From Diplonema japonicum (Eukaryota; Protista; Euglenozoa: Diplonemea): 64,000 bases of DNA. Position numbers and translations under genes: made by a program. Shown here piece by piece: positions 1 to 9,945 of this stretch. How positions within the stretch are numbered: position 1 is the stretch's first letter; the number at the start of each line of letters is the position of its first letter. Below the pieces are notes generated by a model. The model searched no databases, was not told where the DNA came from, and saw only the letters and a list, made by a program, of their open reading frames with translations. The stretch is taken from positions 344,492 to 408,491 of the forward strand of contig OZ025736.1 in the NCBI GenBank assembly GCA_964019335.1. Reading direction: 5' to 3'.

Positions 1-593
1 TTTCTGAGACGCCATGCATCAGGTTTTTTTCTTTTCTTTTAGTTGCCTTTGTGTTTTTTTTTATTTGGGGGGGGAGAGGTTGTAATATTAAAAGGGGGGG
101 AATAGAAATTTTTGTGGTGGTTTGGTGGAGATATTTAAGAAAAAAAAGAGAGCGCGTTTGTTTTTTCCCGGGGGGGGGGGTTTCTTTGAGATGAATGAAA
201 AAAAGCCGGGGGGGGGGGGGGGGGGGGGTTTGGCCTAAAAAATGAGTAAACCCTAAGAAGCCGGGGTCAAAAAAAAAAGAGACATTTAAGGGTACCTGCG
301 GTATGTGACAGGACGCCTGAAAAAATTCACTATGATTGGAACGAAGTGGTTAGCATCGGCCCGCGAGAAAAAAAAAAGATGAAAGAAGCAGGGGGGGGGG
401 GGGGGAATGCAAATTAGTCACTGGTAAACTCGAATGCAAGCACGTGCAACCTTTTGCATATGAGCAGTGAAAACTGAAGAAAGAGGTGGGTGTGCTACCA
501 TGAGTCAGTCATTACTGTCGGGCAGTACACCCCAACCCCAGTGTGAGGTGTTTACTGCAGGGTCCGGTGGCTAGAGCGCCCCCTTTGCAGCAA

Positions 594-745
594 CCCTGGC
601 CCGACATTTTAAAAAGGCCAGCCAACACCTTCCTTTAACTTGTGCTCAGGTGTCACCAACATGAGGGAAACAACTCGCTAGAGGGGAGGTGCCGTTACCC
701 ACCTTGGACTTGCGCCTGAATGCCCAAAAGTCTTGCTGCCCCTTT
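594..745 (+). repeat. Dispersed structured repeat family A, copy 1
   Basis: CCCTGGC...CTCGCTAGAGGGGAGGTGCCGTTACCCACCT...GTCTTGCTGCCCCTTT, shared with 17931-18017 and 45228-45296. Confidence 0.7.
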
Positions 746-1387
746 TCAAAAATGTTAACTTTTTTTTTTTTTTGTCGTTGTTTTTTTTTTCTTCTCCTCG
801 ATAAAAAGTCACAGAAATAAAAGGGAAAATATCTCGAGTAAGCCTCAAAAGGGCAATCGTTGTTAAAGGATGCGAGAAAAAAAGCGTGAGGGAAGCATTA
901 AAACGGCGGTTCCAAGAACAGCTGTGTAGACGAACGGAAAAGAACGAGACAAATAGAGAACCGGCGACACCATCCTTGTAACAGACTACCTCACCATTAT
1001 TGGCTTCCTGCTCAGCAGCAGCTCATTCGCAGCCATCAGCCACATGAACACGTAAGGTAACCACCTGATGCATATCCACCCCGTACACCAGGGTATACCA
1101 CACAGGTTCTGCAACAGAAATTTCAACTATATAGGAGGGCCGCCTTGCATGTCCTTGATCTGTTCTTTAAAGCGTTCCTGAAGGGGTGAATAGCATGGGC
1201 GAATAATAAAGACATAAAGTCATAAAAAAAGGGGGGGGGAAGAAGATTTTTTTTTGTTTTTTCGCTCGCTCTGCGAACGACTCTGCCTCGATAAAGTCTC
1301 AGAAAAAAAAAGTTCACACTTGCGGTTTTTTTTTTTTTTTTTCCCCCCTTCTTTTTTTTGTTTTTTATTTTCTTAAATGCCGCGAAG

Positions 1388-1426
<39 letters not shown>

Positions 1427-1525
1427 AAAAAAAAAAAAACACATGAAGAGATTTATCGTTTCTTCGTTCATTTCTTTAAAAAAGATCCCTGGCGGAATCG
1501 GATAGGAAAGAAAAAAAAAAAAAAA

Positions 1526-3505
1526 TCACTCGCCTTTCACCCCCGCGGCCGTGTCTTCCGGTCCGGACTTCACCCTGCTTGAACAAATCTGTCTGTGTGC
1601 CAGTTCAAGGTCGTCTGGGACCCTGCCGACGAAATTAGTAACCGCCGCAACAACCTTACTGATGGGCTTTGCAGGAGGCACACCTTCCTTGGCCTCGGGT
1701 GATACCTCACCATCGGTGCTTTTTCTGTCTTTATGCGGGATAAGGTTAGAGGGAAGAACCAAAACGGCAGCTCCCACAGCGGCTATGTAGAGACGGACGG
1801 AAAACAGCGAGACAACGAAAATAACACACGACGACAAAATCGCAATCAGAACGAGCAGAATGGTAGCGATTCCGCTGACCACGGGATCCTCGTAACTGAA
1901 GAGCGAGGAGCCCTTCGAGAGCATCGTGGCGGCCCTGCCCACAGGATTGTGCATTTTCGCCGCAGATTTCAACGCCCCTGAAATATTGTTCAACTTCGTC
2001 CACAACGTGGGCTTCTTGAAGGGGTTATTCTCCTCATACAATATAACCTCACGAGGGATACGTGTTTTGCTCAACAGCAGCCCGTTGGCAACCAAAAACA
2101 CCGCAACGACATAAGGCACTTGATACATGTGAAGAGCATACGATAGAATACACCACACCGGCACTGCACCCGCTGCATAAACACCATTCTGCCACAGAAA
2201 TTTCAGTAATGTAGGAGGACCGCGTTCCGTGTTGAACCTCGCCGCACTGTCCTTCAACCTGAAAACCTCATCGCCCGTTGGCTGCGGTGTTTTAAAAACG
2301 GCAGCAGTGAGATACGCCTTGGGAACCAACCCCATCACTGGCGCTTCTGAAGGGGTGTACGACAGTGTAACATGGATAAGACCTAACGGACGTTTTGGGT
2401 CGTGCATCCCGAGCTGTTCCGTTACCTTGGAACATCCTCTGAAAGGTTTCGGTTGTTCAGCATTGTACCCCATCGCCTCTGGCTCCCCGCACGGGAGGAG
2501 GTCGATCCAAAACTCGTTCTTTGAACCTGCTTTCAATGACGTTAACGGGATTGCCCCACGGCCTAGCGGTTGCTTCACCGCAGCAATGCCTGATACATCA
2601 TATGCACAGAAGTACAGAGATGATGTTGGGTCGGTGCAGGGTAGTTCGTAGGTAGCTTCGGATTCACCCCATTTAGGGTTGTGGGTCTGTGCTTTACCAA
2701 TGGTTTTGATGTAAGATCCAGTGAGGTAGAACTCTAAATGTGGGTTTGGGGTACCCATGTCGCCGGCCCAGCCTGAAAGTCCACGGCATTCGTGGAGACG
2801 GAGCGAGATTGTTCCGCACTTAGGTGTTGTTGTGTTAAGCAAAATTACGTCTTTTGTGTTGTTTCTGAGGTCAGAGTGCACGTTTCCTCTGAGGGTCTTC
2901 ATGCGACGTTGGACAGCTTTACCAAGGTACCATCCTGTGATTTTGACACCGTTTCGTGTCGCGCATTCGTTGCAGCATCTTTGTTCCGTGGCGTATCCAG
3001 GTGTGCTGAGAGATTGCCCGCTGCATGGACCGCAGACAGGGAGATGGCACGTCCTGCAGTGGTGGCGAAGGTTGAATGCGTTGAAATCCTTTTCACATAA
3101 AGCGCACTCAGTCTCCTCCTTGTCGATGTCTGGGGGAGGGATGTACTCACCGCTCTTGGGGCCTCGGTAGACCCTCACCCATCGCCGCTGCCTCACGAAG
3201 TCCCTTAACGTTTTCGTGCTGTGAAACTTTGAGAGGTTAAAATCTATAGCGTACTTCCATGGTTCTTCTGTCCACTCCCCTACCCATTCCCCATTGGGGA
3301 TGGGCACTTCCAAGCCTTCTTTCTTCATGGGCCCTGACCCATACATATCGGTCCAAGATGGACGGTCGCCTGGAAGCCACGGGGCCTTCCACCCCTTTAA
3401 AGGAATCAATCTTTGATTCTCGCAAACAAAAATCTTGTATGTCTCGAAAGATGAGGATGAAGGCGACATTGGTTCAGCGGCCTGCTGGGCTTCTTCGGTG
3501 GACAT
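1526..3505 (-). CDS. DysF + FYVE + C2 + transmembrane/PRT_C protein (MCTP-like membrane tether), 659 aa, no introns needed
   Basis: DysF-type motifs ENQR...W..GDRPSWTD...RQRRWVR; FYVE CxxC...RHHCRxC...CxxC...CxxC; C2-like segment (LRLHECRGL...NPKWGE...YDVS...LGRGAIPL); two hydrophobic blocks and MCTP-like tail (FSYEDP, FVGRVPDD). Confidence 0.75.
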   Translation of the reverse strand: MSTEEAQQAAEPMSPSSSSFETYKIFVCENQRLIPLKGWKAPWLPGDRPSWTDMYGSGPMKKEGLEVPIPNGEWVGEWTEEPWKYAIDFNLSKFHSTKTLRDFVRQRRWVRVYRGPKSGEYIPPPDIDKEETECALCEKDFNAFNLRHHCRTCHLPVCGPCSGQSLSTPGYATEQRCCNECATRNGVKITGWYLGKAVQRRMKTLRGNVHSDLRNNTKDVILLNTTTPKCGTISLRLHECRGLSGWAGDMGTPNPHLEFYLTGSYIKTIGKAQTHNPKWGESEATYELPCTDPTSSLYFCAYDVSGIAAVKQPLGRGAIPLTSLKAGSKNEFWIDLLPCGEPEAMGYNAEQPKPFRGCSKVTEQLGMHDPKRPLGLIHVTLSYTPSEAPVMGLVPKAYLTAAVFKTPQPTGDEVFRLKDSAARFNTERGPPTLLKFLWQNGVYAAGAVPVWCILSYALHMYQVPYVVAVFLVANGLLLSKTRIPREVILYEENNPFKKPTLWTKLNNISGALKSAAKMHNPVGRAATMLSKGSSLFSYEDPVVSGIATILLVLIAILSSCVIFVVSLFSVRLYIAAVGAAVLVLPSNLIPHKDRKSTDGEVSPEAKEGVPPAKPISKVVAAVTNFVGRVPDDLELAHRQICSSRVKSGPEDTAAGVKGE

Positions 3506-3761
3506 TTTTTTTTTTTTTTTTTTTTTTTTCTTTTCCCCCTCCCCCTTCGTTTTCTTTTGACGGGTTTACACAATTTGTTTACGGTTCTTACGTACATAAA
3601 AAAAAAAAAATAATAATAATAAAATAAAAGGTCAAGTGTACTGTCGTTGTCAATAAAAAAAAAATCTTCAAGAAATTAAACTTGAAAAACATGCAAGACT
3701 TTCTCTCTACCAATGAAGGTAGAGATTATCAAAAAAAAGGGAACCTTCTCCCCCCTCCCTC

Positions 3762-6436
3762 CTATTTGTTTGCCATCATGGCCTCCCAGTCCACCCCGTC
3801 GAAGAAACGGTGTGCCTTTAATTTGTCAAGCCCCTGCAACCTTACCTCAGGATCCCTCTCCAAGAGGTTGCGGCACATATCCATTGCTGCCTCCGACATC
3901 GGCTCATCGAACACCAACTCTTTTCGCTGTTTTTTTTTTTTTTTTTTTTTTTTTTAAACCCATAACACTCCAAGGCGCAAATATTGTCGTTTTGAAAAAT
4001 CGTTTTTTTCTCTAAGTACTTTTTCGTCCCCACGACCCCTGGATCTCCAAGAACGACTATAGTGAGGAGTTATTTTCAACTGCAATTAATGCTGCGCTGC
4101 ATCACTTTACCTTGTTATCCACCCACCAAGTGGGTCCCAAATCCGAGTAGATAGGCTAAAAACGCAAAATAACGGGTGTGCATACTGTGCCCAAATTGTT
4201 CCCAAAAAACGCAAAGGTAAAGCCAAAACAGCTACGGACGAGGTCCAACCTTCATGGGTAAGGGAGTTGGTACCCATAGAGACCATAAAATAGGCCAGTG
4301 GGGAGAAAAAAAGCTGTCCCGTGGTACGCAGAAACCTGACGACGCAAAATGGTTATTCCTTCGGTTTTTTTATAAGAAGTTAACAGACGTCATCCAAGAA
4401 GAGACAAACAGGCAAAAGGACGCTGAGATTGATAAAATTTCGACCCAAGACTCCACCGCTTACTCGGATTGGGCATTGCGATGGGTTTACGGCGTGCCCA
4501 GAATCAGCAGTCGTATTGGTCCACAGGACCCATGAAAATCCCCCTTTTCAGTAACACGATGCCCAGGAGACGCTACCAGGAAATCAAAAGTAGCCTCCGC
4601 TTCACTCACACAGAAGAGTCAAACGGTGATGTGTTGTGAAGATACGGGGGTTTCTGGACAGAATTGGTGACAAGTGGGCAAAAGCAGCAGTGCCAGGAAA
4701 ATATTTAAGCATTGACGAGACACTCGTACCTTCACGGGGCAATTGGGGGCTGCGGGTCTACTGTCCTTTCAAGCGTAAAAGATATGGCATAAAAATCTAC
4801 TGCCTAAACTGCGCGAGCACGGGTTATCTTTTGCGTTTCACATCCACGCCACCAAAATCGAGGGGCACGCACTTGAAGATTTCAGTGTTGTGGAAAAAGC
4901 GGGGCTGGGGTTAACAGAGCCTTTGCGGGGAAATGACAACACGGTAGTTTGCGATAGCTACTTTTCGACTGTGGGTCTGGCCGAAGCCCTGCTGTGAGGG
5001 GCTTGCATTTCGTTGGGTGTTGCGGACTCTTCTGGTGGGCCCTAGAAGTGACAATAGTTAACTGCCATGCACTTCAAATAAAATATGGTTCAGGGATGCC
5101 AAAGAGATACACAACCCTGGCTGCTTTTAAAGAGCGCTTTCGAGAGAGCCTAATTGATGGGCCCAACGTTGCAAAAACACCACTCCCGGCACCCAACTAG
5201 TGGTGCACACACACCCGATACCCCAGATTACACCAAACGTGACCGCTAGCCACTCAAAGGGGGCACCTCCAGGGTCTGCAGGTTGAAAGGATGCACAAAA
5301 CGCACAATCTACAAATGCTACACCTGAAACCAACACCTCTGTCCAAATAAGTGCTTTTTTCGTACCACTCTTCCATCACCCCAAAAAGGCCTCTTGACGA
5401 TTTCGAGGCCGATATTCCACCCGCAAATAGGCACTTCTCTCGGTCTGAGACATCTGAGGGCCTGATGCTGCCTTTTTTGTCCCAGGATGCTCAATTTACA
5501 CCCCCCCGTGCACAACCCATTTTGACATGGTCGTTTTTGAGCACCCTACGGCCATTCAACTCTTCATCCCCTTTGTATTTTTATTAATTTTTGAACTTTT
5601 TTTTAAATTTTCCTGGTCCAAAAAACCCGTTTTACCTGCAAACGGGGGTTGAATGCTGCCATTTTTCCCCTCAGATTATGAAAAGGAGCAAAAAAGGGAC
5701 CCCTATGTAGATAGGCCCCGGAGTGTTATGGGTTAAACTCAAAAAACCACGCATACCAATATTAACTCGCACATCTCGTTCAGACTCATTGAATAGAATG
5801 GCGGCAAGCCGCTTATCATCTCGTAAAGGAATATGCCCAAAGTCCACCTGTTGAAGTTTCTTTCATGTGTGTGCGTAGGGCGTACCAGTCCACAGCTTTA
5901 CCACGACCTTCACCAGTTAACAGCTCAGGTGCAAGATACTCAAGTGTGTAGTAGTCATCTTCCTGTGGCTTTGCCAAACCAAAATCGGTGATGTAACAGT
6001 TGCCTTCATTGTCAAGGACACAGTCGTCCAATTTGAGGCCTTCATAGATAATGCCCAAGGAGTGCATGTAATCAATGGCAAGGGCAATTTGGGCGGTGAA
6101 GTGGCGGGCTCGTCCTTCTGTGAATTTCTTTTCCTTCTGTAGGTGGGAAAAGACGCTACCACCGGTGAGGAAGTCAGGGATGAGGTACAGCTTGTCTTCC
6201 GTTTGTAACACGAAGTGCAGCTTCACGATGTAACGATGGCTGAGCCGTCTAAGGATGTCCTTCGCTGCTGGGATGACGTCCTTGTTGTTCATGACCTGCA
6301 TGGCGTAGGTCACACCGGTGTCTTTCTTCGTGACCTTCATCACCTTCCCAAAGGAGCTTTTTCCCTCCACGCAGAGCGGTTCGAAATCTTCCAAACCTAC
6401 GTTACTTGGTTTCCCACCGCATTTTTGAGGCGCCAT
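3762..6436 (-). CDS. AGC-family (SGK/Akt/S6K-like) pseudokinase; exons 6436-5886, 5847-5757, 3926-3762 (268 aa); possibly a pseudogene
   Basis: Splicing GT-AG introns 5885-5848 (38 nt) and 5756-3927 restores AVDW|WTLGIFLYEMISGLPPFY...LIL|RKELVF...LLERDPEVRL...KAHRFFDGVDW. DFG and EYLAPE are present; the catalytic motifs are degenerate. Confidence 0.8.
3959..5732 (+). mobile_element. piggyBac-superfamily DNA transposon relic (internally deleted, frameshifted) inside intron 2 of the pseudokinase
   Basis: Perfect 13-bp TIRs CCCATAACACTCC (3959-3971) and GGAGTGTTATGGG (5720-5732), flanked on both sides by TTAAA; contains broken transposase fragments. Confidence 0.9.
4254..5370 (+). pseudogene. 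Fragmented piggyBac transposase
   Basis: PGKYLSIDETLVPSRG...YCPFKRKRYGIKIYCL...TGYLLRF (first catalytic Asp region), VVCDSYFST (second Asp), TMPRRRYQEIKSSLRF and a Cys-rich C-terminus, spread over several frames. Confidence 0.85.
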
Positions 6437-6854
6437 GACCTCCCTTTTTTTTTTTAATTTTTCTTTTACCCCGTGGGGAAAAGGAAAAAAACAAGGGAAA
6501 ATCAAGAAAGGCTGGAGAAAAAAAAAAAAAAAGAAAAGAAAAAGGGTAGGGGAAAGGCACAAAGAAAAATAATAAAACTAGTACTTTTTTCGCTACAACA
6601 TGCACACACACAAACTCTCCTTTTCTCTTTTTTTTTTTAAAACCCCCCCAACACCAAGAAAAAAATAACCACCGAAATAAGAAGGAAAAAAAAAGGTAAG
6701 AGAAGAAAAAAAACCCCCCCTCTCTCTTTTTTTGTTGTTATGTCACAGAATGAAAAAAAAACCCCCCCCTTTCCTGAGAGGGTGAGATGGTTACACTTCT
6801 ATTAATTTTTTTATCCCCCCCCTCGTGTAAAAAAAAAAATAATCTTGCATCCCA

Positions 6855-8426
6855 TCATCGAGGGGGGATGCTAGATGCAGAGGGTCTAGACGCGATGTGC
6901 CTCCTTTGAGGGGGTTCAGCGTGGCCGTTATGCGGGGTAAGGTCCGGGTCCGGGGTTTTCTTTGGAGACCATATCTGGAGGATGCCATTGCTGCATGTGG
7001 TGGCAATTGCGGAGTTGGGGAGGAATGCCGCACCTAGCAACGGTGCCCCTGCATGAAGCCTCTCTAATACAACATCAGCATCCACCTCAGGCACAGCGTA
7101 TCGTGTTTTCCAAGTAGGTGCCGGTGTTACCGACGTACCACCGTCACCTTCACTGGGAACAGAACTCGCAGCATCTGACAGTTGAACCTGTGTTGGGGAC
7201 AGCGTGGGAGAAGCTTCAAGTTCCCCTGCCAACCCTTTGGCATCAACGTCCCAAAGGTACAACCTTCCATCTAAACAAGCGCTTGTTACAGTCACACCCC
7301 CGTCTGAAGCACGAATTGTGCTAGCAAAGACATCTGATACCCAGTTCTGCGGGCCCACTAGATACGCAAGTCGAGCGAAACCCACTGAAGAGTAGAATGC
7401 AACTGTGTCGTCTTGAGCACCGACTGCCAGAAATCTCCCGCAGGGCGTCCAAGAACAGCATGTTGCAGCGCCGAATCTGGTTGCTAGCTTTGCAACTACT
7501 TTGAATCTTGAGGTGTCCACAATATAGCAGTGTCCGTCTCTACCCGCTGCGGCTATCTTATCATTGACAGCGGAGCCTGATTGTGGGATGGACATGTGAA
7601 GGATGGCTTGTGTCGACAATCGCAAGCACAGAACAGGGTTGCACCCCGGTTTATTTTTCTTAACGCTTGGAAGTTTCTCATCCTCGTCGTACTTCAACGC
7701 TTCAACTGTTTGGTTTGCAGTGCAGTGCTTGTACACAGCACCCGATAGATGCCCGGAAAGAAACGTTGTGTACCCCGGCAACCATAGGAGAGATGAAACC
7801 CCGCATTCCTCACCGGGAGAGGACCGCTTCACCTTTTCACGTGTTGGCGGTGAGGTCACCCTTAACGTGAAACTGCCAGTTGGGAGGTTGTAAAGTAAAA
7901 TATCACCGGATATGAAACCAAAAAGAATGTCGAAGTTAGAGCTGATCGTGTGGGTGAGAAGAAGGGAAGAGAAATGGATCTGCGCAAGCGACGTCGGATC
8001 ACTACGCCTGTCCAGCTGTGTTATGGACACAGAGGAACTGACCACATTATCATGGTTTGAAACCGCTGTAACAAGCGGTGCTTGCGAAGGTGAGTAGTTT
8101 TTGGGTCGAAACGAGCACCTCAGAACGAGGTCTGTTGCCTGCCACGGGCGTTTTTTTGAAGAAGAGTAAAGTACGCTTCCTACCATTCCCACTGCGCTGC
8201 TGGCTTCCCTCTCTGAAGGCGAGAATGTTAGATCTGGGTTTCCCTCTGCCCAACTCAAGTGGCTGCTTGGTAAATCCTGGCTTTTCTGCCTCCTTACCGA
8301 AGATTCGTCATCCATGAAGAGGCCCAACTCATATCGAACTTTACCGCCTGCCACGCCCACAACCTCCCCAGGTAGGTTAAACCCCGTAACCCGGCGGTGG
8401 AGGTAGCTCGTTTCATTTGCACGCAT
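6855..8426 (-). CDS. WD40 protein of the WDR20/DMWD/CreC family
   Basis: GRDGHCYIVD...FGAATCCSWTPCGRFLAVGAQDDTVAFYS...QNWVSDV matches the WDR20 pattern; further WD ends (LYLWD, LQIW). Confidence 0.7.
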   Translation of the reverse strand: MRANETSYLHRRVTGFNLPGEVVGVAGGKVRYELGLFMDDESSVRRQKSQDLPSSHLSWAEGNPDLTFSPSEREASSAVGMVGSVLYSSSKKRPWQATDLVLRCSFRPKNYSPSQAPLVTAVSNHDNVVSSSVSITQLDRRSDPTSLAQIHFSSLLLTHTISSNFDILFGFISGDILLYNLPTGSFTLRVTSPPTREKVKRSSPGEECGVSSLLWLPGYTTFLSGHLSGAVYKHCTANQTVEALKYDEDEKLPSVKKNKPGCNPVLCLRLSTQAILHMSIPQSGSAVNDKIAAAGRDGHCYIVDTSRFKVVAKLATRFGAATCCSWTPCGRFLAVGAQDDTVAFYSSVGFARLAYLVGPQNWVSDVFASTIRASDGGVTVTSACLDGRLYLWDVDAKGLAGELEASPTLSPTQVQLSDAASSVPSEGDGGTSVTPAPTWKTRYAVPEVDADVVLERLHAGAPLLGAAFLPNSAIATTCSNGILQIWSPKKTPDPDLTPHNGHAEPPQRRHIASRPSASSIPPR

Positions 8427-8486
8427 TGTTGAGAAGTTATATATGTATTTTTTTTTTTTTTATATATGTTATTGCATATGGGTGTG

Positions 8487-8519
<33 letters not shown>

Positions 8520-9168
8520 AGGAATTGTTTTTTTCTTTGGAGGGGGGGTTTTTTTTTTCTTTTTAAGGTTTTTGTCAATGGCATAGCAGCTAGGTGTTTG
8601 AGGCTTGCTTTTTTTTTTTTGCTCCAAAAATGTTGGTCAATGGAATATGGTTTATTAATTATTACTAATAATAAAAAAAGAGAAGAGGGGGGGGGGATGA
8701 AAATAGAAGAGGAATATTTTTTTTTTTTGCAGTTTTTCCTTTTTAGGGGTTGTTTTTTTTCTAAAAAAAAAAAAAAAGAGAAAAAAAAATGAAGGGGAAA
8801 AAAAAATAAAAGAAAGAATTATGGAGTTCTCTTTTTTTTTTTCATTTCCTTTTTTTTTTTTTTTTTTGGTTGCATTGTTTTAAAATAACTGAAAGGAAGA
8901 AGAGGGGGAAAAAAAAAAGAAAAAAAACCAATGCTCTTTGCTTTTCAAGAAAATCTATTTGCGACAACAAGAATAAAACAACTAACGGAAAGGGGAGGGG
9001 GGGACGTGCTAGCCAACAACCCACCAAAGAAGAGAACGAAGAAGACTGAGAGAGAAGAAGTTTTAAAAAAAATTTTTTTCCTCGCTGTGTGAAAAGGGGG
9101 GCACACAAAACTCCCAACAGTTAAATTTCATGTGACAGAGGGAGCATTAGAAAGTGGTAAAGTAAGCA

Positions 9169-9202
<34 letters not shown>

Positions 9203-9720
9203 CACCTTTCGTCGTTTTAACTCATTCTTGCTGCCCCTATGGCCGCTTTCAAGACCTGGGTCAGCGTTTCGAGGAGGTGAAATAAAATATTTATGAGTTA
9301 AAGGAAATCTTTGTGAGACAACCCTTTATTCTCATCCACTACCTGCGCCCTTCTTTCTCTTGCCCATTGCTCCTTCAACACTCTTAGGGGGTGCTTGGTC
9401 TTCAGTGATGTAAATGTCCCCTCCTATTCCACCAGATCCCTGCCTTCGCACTCTCGATGGATTGCAGTGAGTGTACCCTCGAAATAAAATATAAAATAAA
9501 TAAAAGTAAGTACTGATCAGACGGTTAGAAGGAATAATAAAAAAAAAATTAAGTTGGCAAAAAAAAAAAGAGGATATAATTATCAGGGCTTTGGTTGTTG
9601 CGCTTTTTCAAATTTTCGCATCGCAACGAAGGAACAAAAAAAAAGAAAAAAAGAATACCCCCCCCTTTTTATCTTTTTTTCTTTTAAAAATTTAATTTTT
9701 TTTTAAAACTTTTTTTTAAA

Positions 9721-9755
<35 letters not shown>

Positions 9756-9801
9756 GATGATTTAAAGGAAGCCGGTGGGGGCACCCTGCACAAGCACCAT
9801 T

Positions 9802-9839
9802 TACTTGATTACAGGGGGCGCACCTCGGCCTAGCTGTAG
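9802..9839. repeat. Repeat family B (second copy at 35208-35245)
   Basis: TACTT(G/A)AT(T/A)ACAGG(G/A)GGCGCACCTCGGCC(T/G)AGCTGTAG, 34/38 identical. Confidence 0.75.
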
Positions 9840-9945
9840 CTTCTTCTGCGTTCCGCGTCGTGTCCTTAATGCGTGCGGTAAATAAAAAAAAAAAAAAAAA
9901 AACTTAACCCCTCCCTTCCCATGTACTCTTCACAGAGAAGCAGAG

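Noticed and set aside
860-1225. Higher-complexity stretch that might be coding
   Set aside because: All frames close quickly and no family is recognisable.
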